Counted from the first letter of the stretch, positions 29,227 through 38,866 are shown. The stretch: DNA of 64,000 nucleotides from an uncultured Spirochaetales bacterium (GCA_964615365.1 CAZTOU010000002.1:87160-151159); one strand, 5' to 3'. Notes: generated by a model not told the origin, from the sequence alone. Translations and numbers: made by a program.

Positions 29227-31809
29227 TCAGTTCTGTGACCCCGAGTAGGGGTCGCGGGTGGCGCGGCTCCTTCCGCGGGCGAAAGGCCGGACATCGTCGT
29301 CGCCGAGTCCGATCAGCACCCACCGGATGTTGAAGTCGAAGCCGCCGGAGCGGTCGTCACCGACCTCCACCCGGATCGCCCAGCAGCGACACTCGGAGAT
29401 GTACTCCACCCCGGCCCGATTGGTCAGGACGATGTCGCCCTCGAAGGAGTAGCGAAGGGCGTGGCTGATCGCCCAGTTCCGCGTGAGGGGCAGCCGCCCC
29501 CTGACGGCGATCTGGTTGATCCTCTGGAAGCCCTGTTCGAAGTCCTCGTAGCGGTTGTCGCTCTCGTCGAAGCCCCGGAAGGACTCGAAGAAGCGCGGGA
29601 TCTCACGCAGGTAGCGATAGCTGAACCCGAGGTCGTGTCCCTCCTCGGTCGAGTACCGTGCCTCCAGGAGACCCTCGCTCCACTGGGTATCATCGAGGTC
29701 GAATCCCAGATTGAACCGCACGGCGAGATTCTCGATGGGATAGACCGACCCTTCGACGTAGAAGCTGCTCAGATCGGTGTTTCCGAAGTCGTGCTGGGTC
29801 GAGAAGGCGAGATCGGCGAAGAGCTTGGGCGGTCCACCCTCCTCCCCCGGAACGTAGAAGCGATTGCCGAGCCCCGCCGTCACGGCGTTCACGCTCTCGA
29901 TGCGATCCGAGGGATTTCGCGTGACGTTCCACAGCTCGAACTGACGGATCCGCTGCTGGGCCACCCCGGGTCGCGGGACGAAGAGGGGATTGTCCCCCTG
30001 AGAGGTGCTGGTGACCCCCGTGTAGACCAGGCGCGGCTCCATCAGGTGGACCGCCCTTCCCAGGTCGAAGGGGAGATCCACCCCTCGGCGCAGCCGCATG
30101 CGAGTGTCCAGCATCGCGGTGAAGAGGCCTCGAAAGTCCGTGCTCCTGGTGCCGCTTTGATAGAAGGTGCCGTCGAAGCCGACCTCGGGGTATACCTCGA
30201 CCACGTCGGCGATCCGGAAGGGCATCCCGATCCGCGGGTTCAGCACCAGCCGCTGACCCTGATCGGCGAGGGGCTCTCCCACCTGGAACCTTCGATCGTT
30301 CTCGGGACCCAACGGGGCGTTGTCCAAGTGCCCGTCCGGGCTGAGCAGGGGCCTCGTGGAGCCGGGGGGGAGGTTGGCGAGGTATTCCGCCGCCGTCAGC
30401 ACGCTCCCATCCTGCCTGATCACGTCGCCGTCGAGGGTCACGATGTTGCCGTCCGTGTTGCGCTCCTCGCCATCGGGGATCGCATCGATGCCGGTGTCGA
30501 GGAACAGGCCGCCGCCCCCGAGATTCGCCCTCGGAAAGACGTCGTCGGCGTCCTCCCGCGCGAAGAAGTGCGTGAAGTCCGCGTCGAAGGAGGCGTAGAG
30601 CCCCCGGGCGAAGCCCGGGAGCGGCTGCGGCAGACCGGTGAGCTGCAGCTCGGGGAGTCGCTGGAGCAGGTAGTCGTCGCGATCCAGATCGTCCGGGTTC
30701 TGCAGATCGTCCGCCCAGCGTACTCCCCCCAGGAACCCGTACCGATCCAGCGGACCGAAGCGCGTCTCCACGAACGTCTTCGACTCGAGATAGCGGTTGT
30801 CCTCGTAGCTCCCGAACTCGTTGAAATCGCGTGCGAAGAGGTTGTCGGAGAAGAGCGTCGCGTCCACCTTGGCGCGCCAGCCCCCGGGGAGATGGTGATC
30901 GTGGATCCACTCCAGGGCCCAGCGCCGGGAATCGAAGGGGGTATCGACGCTGTCCTCGTCGATGTCGTCGTCGTCGATGATAGTGGCGAACAGGCTGCCG
31001 TAGGACCGCTCGCCGAAGACGTACTCGACGTCGAGCTCGGGCTTGAAGCCCCTCTCGAAGAGATAGTTGGGGGTGATGGTGACGTTCAGGTTCGGCCGGG
31101 CGGCCCAGAAGAACGGGAAGCCGATCCTGGCCCCGCTGTCCCCCGAGACGCTGAAGGTCGGAAGTAGAAAGCCGGTCTCGCGTTCGGTCTTGACCGGGTA
31201 GCGCATCCAGGGGAACCAGATCACCGGAACCCCCAGAATGTCGAAGCTCGTGTTCCGAGCGGTGGCGTATCCCCCCACCTCGACATCCGCCTTCTTGGCA
31301 CGGATCTGCCAGGGAGACTCGTCTTCCTCCTGCGGACAGTGGCAGGTGGTAAAGGTGCCCTCGTCGAAGACGTAGGTCTCTTCCCCGGTCCGCCGGACCG
31401 TCTCACCGGTCATCTCGAAGCCGCTGCCGCGAGCGTCGAGAAAGCCCTCCAGCACCACGCCCTTCATCGTATCGATCTCGAAGCTCAGCACTTCGGCGTA
31501 GAGGATGTCGTTCGCTTCGGAGAAGACGACGCTCCCGGTGGCGATGCCCTGCCGCGTCACGTTGCTGAAGGCCACCCAGTCCGCGGTCAGGGTGCGGCCC
31601 GGCTGGCTGATGAGGACGTTGCCGCGTGCGACGTAGACGTTCCGCTGACTCTCGTACTCGATCGAATCAGCGGTGATGTCGAACGGCGCGTCGGAATCCG
31701 ATCCGCCGCCGTCGAGGATCCCGGCCCCCGCGCCGAGCGGGAGCCCGATGGCCAGCAGAAGGAGCGCGGCGCAAAGCCGTTTCCAGCTGGAGAGACAAGA
31801 CTGACGCAC
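29227..31809 (-). CDS. lptD: LPS-assembly protein LptD
   Basis: Signal peptide; OstA-like ITADSIEY..A.GNV; FTTCHCP; W.I.A; P.FW.P.P.KT.RETGFLLP; amphipathic beta strands; C-terminal CRCW. Confidence 0.88.
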   Translation of the reverse strand: MRQSCLSSWKRLCAALLLLAIGLPLGAGAGILDGGGSDSDAPFDITADSIEYESQRNVYVARGNVLISQPGRTLTADWVAFSNVTRQGIATGSVVFSEANDILYAEVLSFEIDTMKGVVLEGFLDARGSGFEMTGETVRRTGEETYVFDEGTFTTCHCPQEEDESPWQIRAKKADVEVGGYATARNTSFDILGVPVIWFPWMRYPVKTERETGFLLPTFSVSGDSGARIGFPFFWAARPNLNVTITPNYLFERGFKPELDVEYVFGERSYGSLFATIIDDDDIDEDSVDTPFDSRRWALEWIHDHHLPGGWRAKVDATLFSDNLFARDFNEFGSYEDNRYLESKTFVETRFGPLDRYGFLGGVRWADDLQNPDDLDRDDYLLQRLPELQLTGLPQPLPGFARGLYASFDADFTHFFAREDADDVFPRANLGGGGLFLDTGIDAIPDGEERNTDGNIVTLDGDVIRQDGSVLTAAEYLANLPPGSTRPLLSPDGHLDNAPLGPENDRRFQVGEPLADQGQRLVLNPRIGMPFRIADVVEVYPEVGFDGTFYQSGTRSTDFRGLFTAMLDTRMRLRRGVDLPFDLGRAVHLMEPRLVYTGVTSTSQGDNPLFVPRPGVAQQRIRQFELWNVTRNPSDRIESVNAVTAGLGNRFYVPGEEGGPPKLFADLAFSTQHDFGNTDLSSFYVEGSVYPIENLAVRFNLGFDLDDTQWSEGLLEARYSTEEGHDLGFSYRYLREIPRFFESFRGFDESDNRYEDFEQGFQRINQIAVRGRLPLTRNWAISHALRYSFEGDIVLTNRAGVEYISECRCWAIRVEVGDDRSGGFDFNIRWVLIGLGDDDVRPFARGRSRATRDPYSGSQN

Positions 31810-31890
31810 GACCCCCCTTCCGCAGGCATGGCCACCCCGGTTCGGACGACGCTAACAAAGCGATCGGAGGTGGGGCAAGCCGGCCGGGGG

Positions 31891-32544
31891 TCAGTCGGCC
31901 TCGTCCAGGCAGGCGGAGAGGGACTCCAGGTCGGGGATGACGAGAACGTCGTCGATGAGCCGAACCAGCTTCCGATCCAGGAGCTGACCGAGCGCGCGGT
32001 GGGCTTCGAGGGGGGCGAGGCCGGCCTCCGCGGCGAGCTTTCGGAGGGTGGTGTCGAGCCTCCCGCCGGCCCCGTCGCGATCGGCGCGCCGCACCAGGAC
32101 GCGGACGATCGGGCGGAGCAGGTCATCGACGCCCAGGGCTGCGAGCCGCTGCTCCAGGTCGATCACGCGAGCGGCCAGGCGCTGGATCACGCGGATCGCG
32201 ATCTCCGGCTGCGCCACGCACATCTCCTCGAAGGTCGCCGCGTCGAGCTCGATCAGCCTCGAGTCGCTGACGGCCACCGCGCGGACCGAGCGGGGCTGGC
32301 CCAGCAGGACGCCCATCTCGCCGAAGAACTCTCCCGGCGAGAGACGGGCGACCAGACGAGCACCATCGGGTCCGGAACGCATCAGCTCGACCATCCCGGC
32401 CTGGATGACGTACAGAACCGAGCCCGGGTCACCCTCGTCGAATACCGTCTGACCGGCCTCGAAGCTTCGCTCGAAGGCACGCCGGACGCGAAAACGGGTG
32501 TCTTCGCGGCGTGCGCCTCCGGACGTCTGTGAGCACTGCTCCAC
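31891..32544 (-). CDS. Crp/Fnr-family cNMP-binding protein
   Basis: VFDEGDPG..LYVIQAG.V, GEFFGEM...PRS; C-terminal winged-helix-like segment. Confidence 0.85.
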   Translation of the reverse strand: MEQCSQTSGGARREDTRFRVRRAFERSFEAGQTVFDEGDPGSVLYVIQAGMVELMRSGPDGARLVARLSPGEFFGEMGVLLGQPRSVRAVAVSDSRLIELDAATFEEMCVAQPEIAIRVIQRLAARVIDLEQRLAALGVDDLLRPIVRVLVRRADRDGAGGRLDTTLRKLAAEAGLAPLEAHRALGQLLDRKLVRLIDDVLVIPDLESLSACLDEAD

Positions 32545-32583
32545 GGAAGCGGTTTCGACCGTCGCCGCTTGCGACTTTAGAGC

Positions 32584-33108
32584 TCATCTCAGAAGCTCGG
32601 ACCGGTCCAGTGCCGCGGCCAGGACCTCCTCGAGCTCCGCCTCGGTGATGACCCCGACGTGCTTCGCAGCGATGGTGCCGTCGGGCGCGATCAGGTAGAG
32701 GGTCGGAAAGCCGAAGGCGCCGTACCTCTCCGCCAGGAACTCGTCGCCGACCAGCACCGGGTACCGGATGTCGTGCTCGACGGCGAAGGCAGCCACCACC
32801 TCGATTCCCTGGGCGTCGACGGCGATCCCGAGCACCCCCACCTCTCCGTAGTGAGTGGCTTGAAAGGCGTTCAGCACCGGGATCTGCCTCACGCAAGGCG
32901 CGCACCAGGTCGCCCAGAAATCGACGATCAACGGCTGTCCGCGGTGATCCGCGAGTGAGACCAGGTTTCCGAACAGGTCGGGAAGGGCGAACTCGGGCGC
33001 GGGTGAGCCGATCACGCCCCAGCGGGCCCCGGGCTCGCCCTCGATCCGACAGGCCAGGCTGAGCAGAGAGAGCGCCAGGACCAGCACGCCGTCGCGGGGC
33101 CACCTCAC
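32584..33108 (-). CDS. TlpA/ResA-like thioredoxin lipoprotein
   Basis: Lipobox-like LSLLSLAC; APEFAL.DL.G; FWATWCAPC; FPTLYLI; GTGA overlap with the ccdA stop. Confidence 0.88.
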   Translation of the reverse strand: MRWPRDGVLVLALSLLSLACRIEGEPGARWGVIGSPAPEFALPDLFGNLVSLADHRGQPLIVDFWATWCAPCVRQIPVLNAFQATHYGEVGVLGIAVDAQGIEVVAAFAVEHDIRYPVLVGDEFLAERYGAFGFPTLYLIAPDGTIAAKHVGVITEAELEEVLAAALDRSELLR

Positions 33109-33884
33109 AGCAGCCACTGCTCGACGGCCTCCACGACCCGATTCAGGAACGAGAAGTAACGGTTGAGGGCGGTGAGGCGATTGGTTGCCACGAGGACGCC
33201 CAAGGCGATCAGCAGCAAGCCGGAGAGGATCTCGATGCGGTGCAGGTGGCGCTTCATCCGCTGGGTGGATTCGAGCAGAAACTCGATGCTCCAGCCGGCC
33301 GCGAAGAAGGGCAGCGCGAGACCCAGCGAATAGACGGCCAGGAGCGACATGCCCTGGTAGACGGTCTCCCGCCCGCCGGCAATGGTGAGGATTCCGCCCA
33401 GGATGGGGCCGACACAGGGCGACCACCCGAACGCGAAGGCGGCACCCACCAGGTACGTGCCCACGGCTCCCCTGGGCTTGAACCGGGAATGGAAGCGGGT
33501 GTCCCGGTACAGGGCCTGGATCGGGAGCAGCCCGGTCAGATGGAGGCCCATCAAGACGATCACCACGCCGGCCACCTGGACGGCGCCGACCTCGACGCCC
33601 AGCAGCTCCACCCGCCAGGTCTGAAGGGCACGACCGATGGCGGTGGCGGAGGCACCCAGAAGGATGAAGACGGTCGAGAAACCCGCCACGAATCCGGTGC
33701 AGCCCAGCAGCACCGTGCGCCGCGTGCCCGCCTCGCCCTTCCCTTCCCTCATCTCCTCTACGGTGATCCCGGAGATCAGGGAGAGGTAGGCGGGCATCAG
33801 CGGCATCACGCAGGGGGAGAGAAACGAGATCACTCCCGCTACGAATGCGGCCCCAAAAGAAGCGATCGAGAGTTCGTCAGCCAC
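33105..33884 (-). CDS. ccdA: CcdA-family transmembrane electron transporter
   Basis: GVISFLSPCVMPLMPAYLS and FGWSPCVGPILG, the two conserved PC motifs. Confidence 0.92.
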   Translation of the reverse strand: MADELSIASFGAAFVAGVISFLSPCVMPLMPAYLSLISGITVEEMREGKGEAGTRRTVLLGCTGFVAGFSTVFILLGASATAIGRALQTWRVELLGVEVGAVQVAGVVIVLMGLHLTGLLPIQALYRDTRFHSRFKPRGAVGTYLVGAAFAFGWSPCVGPILGGILTIAGGRETVYQGMSLLAVYSLGLALPFFAAGWSIEFLLESTQRMKRHLHRIEILSGLLLIALGVLVATNRLTALNRYFSFLNRVVEAVEQWLL

Positions 33885-33980
33885 GATCCACTTCCCCGTA
33901 CGACGGGCGAATCACGGGGGTTCCCGCACGGCCACGGCCAGGTGTTTCCCCGCGGGGAGGTGCGGCGCGGAAAGGGATCT

Positions 33981-34400
33981 TCAGAAGCCCTCGTCGACTC
34001 CCTCGTCCTCGTCGAATTCCTCGTCCTCGAAGTCTTCCAGCGGCTCGGACTCCATGACCTCGAGGTGCTCCGGTGAGCGCCCGATGAACGTGAACGGTCT
34101 GCGACCCAGCAGCTGGTCTGGCGCCAGCGTGTAGTCCCCCCGCATGGAAGCATCCCAGATCGGTCGCGCCACGTCGGAGTTTCCGGCGGAGAAGACCCAC
34201 GCCAGGCCCGACACGATTCCGCCGCCCGTGGCGTAGAGAGCCTTGGCCGGCCCGTAGACCAGATTGACCAGCACGCAGCTGATCCCGATCCCGTACTCCG
34301 CCGCGGCGGACCTCGCGTTCGCCGAAGCGGGCGTGAGCGCGAAGGTAGCGGTCACGGCCAGCGCGATCAGCGCCGACCGGATCGAAGTGTGAATGTGCAC
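33981..34400 (-). CDS. Hypothetical exported/membrane protein with acidic tail
   Basis: GAGAGG RBS then GTG 34400; signal-like N-terminus; Gly-rich hydrophobic core; EDFEDEEFDEDE tail. Confidence 0.65.
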   Translation of the reverse strand: MHIHTSIRSALIALAVTATFALTPASANARSAAAEYGIGISCVLVNLVYGPAKALYATGGGIVSGLAWVFSAGNSDVARPIWDASMRGDYTLAPDQLLGRRPFTFIGRSPEHLEVMESEPLEDFEDEEFDEDEGVDEGF

Positions 34401-34487
34401 GTTACCTCTCCTCTCGACGGCGACTTCCGTCGTCCCCCAATCGGGGAGTTTCCGGCTTCGCTGTCTCGGGGTCAAGAGGAGTGGGGG

Positions 34488-34937
34488 TTAGAAGACCCTT
34501 TCGGTGTCGAGGAGAATCGTCACCGGGCCCGCGTTCAGGAGCTCCACGTCCATCATCGCCCGGAAGCGACCCGTGATCACGCTCACGCCGGCCGCAGAGG
34601 CAGTGTCGATCACGGCGCGGATCAGGGGCTCGGCCCGTTCGGGCGGAGCTGCCCCGGTGAAGGACGGTCGTCTCCCGCGCCGCGCGTCTCCGAACAGGGT
34701 GAACTGGGACACCACGCCGAGCTGACCGCCCGTCTCGAGCAGTGATCGATTCATTCGCCCCTCTTCGTCGTGGAACACGCGAAGATGAACCAGCTTGCGG
34801 GCGAGTTCCTCGGCCTGTGCCGGACCGTCTTCTCGTCCGACGCCCACCAGCGCCAGGAGCCCCTCCCCCATCTCGCCGACGGATTCGCCCTTCACCCGGA
34901 TTCGGGCGGAGCGAACCCGCTGCACCACGGCCCGCAC
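34488..34937 (-). CDS. dtd: D-aminoacyl-tRNA deacylase
   Basis: MRAVVQRV, G.MNRSL, VSQFTL, GRFRAMMDVEL.N.GPVT. Confidence 0.95.
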   Translation of the reverse strand: MRAVVQRVRSARIRVKGESVGEMGEGLLALVGVGREDGPAQAEELARKLVHLRVFHDEEGRMNRSLLETGGQLGVVSQFTLFGDARRGRRPSFTGAAPPERAEPLIRAVIDTASAAGVSVITGRFRAMMDVELLNAGPVTILLDTERVF

Positions 34938-34940
34938 CGC

Positions 34941-35453
34941 TCAGAGCTCGCTCTGCTCGGCGAAGGATCCTCGATAGACCGCCTCACCCTCGGTCCGGAA
35001 CAGCACGATCTGGCAGAGACGGGTACCGGGGTGGATCTCCAAGGAGCGCCCGGCGACGTTGCTGATCTCGAGGACCTGGTGATTCGAGACACCCGGCTGC
35101 ACGAAGGCCGAGGTGACGTGGATCATGAGGCCGAGCCGGGCGAAGCGACTCCGCCCCTCCAGGAATCCACAGAGATCCGGCGGCAGGGTGAGGCGCTCGC
35201 GGGTGATGCCGTGGATGGTGGTTCCCGGCTCCAGGACGAAGGGTTCATCCAGGCTCTGATGCCGGGTGAAGCTCCGGTAGTCGACCTCGGCCCGAATCGG
35301 AATCGCCTCGGCGCCGGGCACGATGACCCGGATCTCGTCGCCGAGCGTCAGATCGATCGAGGCGGGGCCCACCTGATCCGCGGCAAACGGATCGATGACC
35401 AACCTCCCCGCCTCCATCTCGGCGAGGATCGCATCCCGCGTCAGCACAGCCAT
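34941..35453 (-). CDS. dcd: dCTP deaminase
   Basis: QVGPASIDLTLG, EGRSRFARLGLMIH, LEISN, RLCQIV. Confidence 0.9.
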   Translation of the reverse strand: MAVLTRDAILAEMEAGRLVIDPFAADQVGPASIDLTLGDEIRVIVPGAEAIPIRAEVDYRSFTRHQSLDEPFVLEPGTTIHGITRERLTLPPDLCGFLEGRSRFARLGLMIHVTSAFVQPGVSNHQVLEISNVAGRSLEIHPGTRLCQIVLFRTEGEAVYRGSFAEQSEL

Positions 35454-35463
35454 CGGGCGCGGC

Positions 35464-35473
35464 ATGATACCGT
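35464..35473. promoter_or_regulatory. Overlapping divergent -10 elements between dcd and GDPD
   Basis: Plus strand TG-a-TACCGT (35465-35473), 7 nt before ATG 35481; minus strand TATCAT (35469-35464), 10 nt before ATG 35453. Confidence 0.5.
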
Positions 35474-35480
35474 ATGCAGC

Positions 35481-36290
35481 ATGAGACACCCCTTCTTCGA
35501 CCTGCCGACGCCGATCGTCTTCGGGCATCGGGGCGCGAGCGGTGAACTCCCCGAGAACACCCTCCCGGCCTTCGCCCTCGCCGTCGCCCAAGGGACGGTG
35601 GTGCTGGAAACCGACGCACACCTGACCCGGGATGGCGAGATCGTGCTCTCGCACGATCCGAGCGTGGACCGCACCACGGAGGGGTCCGGCGCCATCGACG
35701 AGTACACTCTGGCCGAGCTGCAGCGCCTCGACGCCGGGTATCGCTTCAGTCCGGACGGCGACTCGAGCTTCCCGCACCGGGGGCAGGGGATGCAAATCGC
35801 CTGGCTGCGCGAGGCATTCGAGCAGTTTCCCGGAATCCGCTTCAACATTGAGATCAAGCAAGACTCCCCCGCCTTGATCGACGGGGCGGTGCGGCTGGTC
35901 GCCGAGGCGGGACGCGAGGAGACCACGCTGCTGGCGGCCGCCGACGACGACACCATGGCGGCGCTCCGAACGCGAATCGAGGAAACCGGTCTTCGCTGCG
36001 CGATGGGGGCGGCCACCGGCGACGTGGTCCGCTTCGTCCGCGCGGCCGCGGCGAACGAAACCCCGCCTCCGGGGCCGATGGCCCTCCAGATTCCACCCAG
36101 CTTCGGCGGGAATCCTCTGGCGACCGTGGAGCTCGTGGAGTTCGCCCACCGCCACGGCGTCCAGGTTCACGTGTGGACCATCAACGAAGAGGAGGAGATG
36201 CACCGGCTGCTGGACCTCGGCGTGGACGGGTTGATGAGCGACTTCCCGGGTCGGCTTCGGAAGGTCGTGGACGCGCGTGGCCGTCCCTGA
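35481..36290 (+). CDS. Glycerophosphodiester phosphodiesterase
   Basis: FGHRGASGELPENTLPAF, LETDAHLTRDGEIVLSHD, FNIEIK, VHVWTIN, GVDGLMSDFP. Confidence 0.92.
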   Translation: MRHPFFDLPTPIVFGHRGASGELPENTLPAFALAVAQGTVVLETDAHLTRDGEIVLSHDPSVDRTTEGSGAIDEYTLAELQRLDAGYRFSPDGDSSFPHRGQGMQIAWLREAFEQFPGIRFNIEIKQDSPALIDGAVRLVAEAGREETTLLAAADDDTMAALRTRIEETGLRCAMGAATGDVVRFVRAAAANETPPPGPMALQIPPSFGGNPLATVELVEFAHRHGVQVHVWTINEEEEMHRLLDLGVDGLMSDFPGRLRKVVDARGRP

Positions 36291-36831
36291 TTCCGAACCC
36301 TCGGAGTTCTTCCGATCCCGAGAGGATCTGCTGCTGCAGGCGGGTCGCCTGGGACCAGTCCTGGATCTCGCCTGTGGATCCGGTCGCCACAGCCTGGCGG
36401 CTGCGCGCCTCGGCCTCCCGGTCCTCGCCCTGGATCGCGACCCGAAGGCGCTACGGACCCTTCGAGAGAAGGCTCCGCCTCGGGTCCAATGCGTTCGGAC
36501 CGACCTCGAGGCCGGCTTCGACCTCCCCGTGGCGCCGGCGAGCTGCGGCGCGATCCTGGTCTTCCGCTTTCTCTTTCGGCCGCTCTCCCGGGCGATCGTC
36601 GAAGCGCTCCGGCCGGGCGGTCTCCTGCTCTACGAGACCTTCACGATCCACCAGAAGAATCTGAGTAAAGGCCCCAAGAACGCTGCGTTTCTTCTCGCGC
36701 CAAACGAGCTGCCGAGGCTCTTTGCCGCGCTCCAGACGATCGCCTACGAGGAGCTCGTCACCGAGGGGGAACGCCCCGCGGCGCTGGCGCGGCTCGCGGC
36801 CCGGAGACGCGTGAGCGCCCAGGCGGCGTGA
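36277..36831 (+). CDS. Class I SAM-dependent methyltransferase (TehB-like)
   Basis: VLDLACGSGRH motif I; ALRPGGLLLYETF. Confidence 0.85.
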   Translation: MAVPDSEPSEFFRSREDLLLQAGRLGPVLDLACGSGRHSLAAARLGLPVLALDRDPKALRTLREKAPPRVQCVRTDLEAGFDLPVAPASCGAILVFRFLFRPLSRAIVEALRPGGLLLYETFTIHQKNLSKGPKNAAFLLAPNELPRLFAALQTIAYEELVTEGERPAALARLAARRRVSAQAA

Positions 36832-37844
36832 TCCGCCAGAAGGGGATCGTCCCCGTCGGCGCGACGCCGAAGCGCGGGAATCAGGGACGGATCTCCGCTG
36901 TTTCCCGCTGCGACGAGCGCGTTCCGGAGCAGTTCCCGAAGGCCCGGGCGTCGCATCGCCGTTCTCCGCGTCGCCTCTCGCCAGCTCTCCTGATCCAGGC
37001 TCAGCAGCCACTCGAGGGCGGGGGCACGCCACTCCGCGAGCGGCGCCAGCCGCTCGCGGAGCCGTCTGGGATCCGGGGGCACCCTTCGCTTCGGTCGCGT
37101 GTTCCAGGGGCAGACCTCCTGGCAGGCGTCACACCCGAAGACGCGATTCCCCTGAGCCTCCCGCATCGCTTCCGGAATCGCCCCGCGTTGCTCGATCGTC
37201 GCGTAGGAGAGACAGCGGGTGGCGTCGAGGACATAGGGCTCCGGAAACGCGCGGGTCGGGCATGCGTCGAGGCAGGCACGGCAGGTCCCGCAGTGGTCGG
37301 GCTCCGCAGAGCTCGCCCGAAGAGCGAGGTCGGTGATCACCACTCCGAGGAACAGCAGGGAGCCCAGCTCGGGATCGATCAGGCAGGTGTTCTTGCCGAT
37401 CCATCCCAGCCCGGCGATCGCCGCGTACGCCTTCTCCTGGACGGGCCCGGTGTCGACGTAGCTCTTGCAGCGGATCGGCCGTCCCGCCAGGACCTGGAGT
37501 CCGGTCTCGTAGGCGCGCAGGCGCTCCTGCAGCACCTCGTGGTAGTCATCGCCCCGGGCGTAGCGGGCAACGGCTCCGCGCGCCCCCTCCCCCGGCGCGT
37601 CCTCGACTCCCGAGTCGTAGACCAGGGACACGGCGACGATGCTCCGAGCGCCCTCGAGCACCCGTCGCGGATCCACCCGCTCCGGGAGCCGGCGGACCAG
37701 GTACTTCATCTCGCCGGCGTACCCGCGCGCGACCCAGCTGCGCAGGAACTCCGTCCGGGGAGTCGGCTCGGCCGGCGCCACGCCCACGCGGTCGAAGCCG
37801 AGTTCCGTTCCCAGCGCGAGCACAGCGTCGGTCAGGTCCGTCAA
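36828..37844 (-). CDS. queG: Epoxyqueuosine reductase
   Basis: GYAGEMKYL, VARYARGDDYHEVL, YVDTGPVQEK, GWIGKN, CGTCRACLDACPT, FGCDACQEVCPWN; TTG start overlapping the exosortase stop. Confidence 0.93.
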
Positions 37845-38692
37845 CCCGACCTCTCCAGTCGTCGCAGCAGGCCCCCCAGAGCCAGCATCAGGCCACAGGC
37901 GACCACATAGGTGAGCAGCCCGGCCGCCTCGTGCGGCGGTCCGGTGGTCGCGCGCTCGGTCCCGATCTCGATCGCGGCCACGACCGTCGCCACCACCCGC
38001 GCCAGGTTGCCCGTCATCGCCAGGGGAACCACCGCCGCATACAGGATCAGACGCGAACCCCAGCCCCGAAGCGTGAAGTGCGCGAGGAGCACCGCGAGCG
38101 GCAGGAGCGTGATGATCGAAGTCACCCCACTGCACGCCTCGGCGACGAAGAGGGTTTCGCCACCCGGCAGAATCAGGACGTTCCCATCCCGTGTCACCGG
38201 GAACGTGAAGGCCTGGAGGAGCGCGATCGAAGCCGACGAGACCACGAGCTGGAGACGCACGATGGCGGGCGTGATCCAGCTCGACGGCGGCGGCACCATG
38301 AAGATCAAGAAGCCGACGGGAAACGCCAGCGCCCGGAGCCAGCGCGCCCCTCGGCTGTAGAGCACCAGCCCGGCCACGGAGGCGACCAGCGCGACGCCCT
38401 GGAGCGTGATTTCTCCGGCCATCAGGCCCACGAGATAGGTGGCGAGCGCGAGCCCCAGAACCCCGAGACCGCGCCGGTCCGGAGCGGCCTCGAGCCCCGC
38501 CCGACGGGGACGCTCCCGGTAGAAGGCCCAGAGCGCCACCACGGGAACCAGGAAGCCGTGCGAGAGATAGTCGACCCGGGTCCAGACCTGGACGAGCGTC
38601 ACCAGCGTGGGAGCGAAGACCGCCAGCAGCAGCCCGGCCAGCAGCCACTCCCGCGGCTGCATGTTCGGCATCACCGTGACCCGGTCCGACAT
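37841..38692 (-). CDS. Exosortase/archaeosortase-family membrane protein
   Basis: Multi-TM; YLSHGFLVP, VAEACSG (Cys), N(L)ARV (Arg), HEAAG (His). Confidence 0.88.
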   Translation of the reverse strand: MSDRVTVMPNMQPREWLLAGLLLAVFAPTLVTLVQVWTRVDYLSHGFLVPVVALWAFYRERPRRAGLEAAPDRRGLGVLGLALATYLVGLMAGEITLQGVALVASVAGLVLYSRGARWLRALAFPVGFLIFMVPPPSSWITPAIVRLQLVVSSASIALLQAFTFPVTRDGNVLILPGGETLFVAEACSGVTSIITLLPLAVLLAHFTLRGWGSRLILYAAVVPLAMTGNLARVVATVVAAIEIGTERATTGPPHEAAGLLTYVVACGLMLALGGLLRRLERSG

Positions 38693-38866
38693 GGTCAGCG
38701 GATCGGTCCGATTCCGCGGAAACGTGACATCGAGTAGAAGGCTAGTCGAAAGGCCGCCCGGGTCCACGTCGACTTCGCCGGCAGGAGGCGTACCCTGCAG
38801 GAGTCCGGCCGCTGGCATGGGGCGGTGGCATCCGAGCACGGCCTCCAATCCCAGGGGCGGCGCCGA

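Noticed and set aside
38693-38866. Riboswitch (cobalamin or preQ1) upstream of exosortase-queG
   Set aside because: Conserved cobalamin and preQ1 sequence elements were not found by eye; an Rfam scan would be decisive
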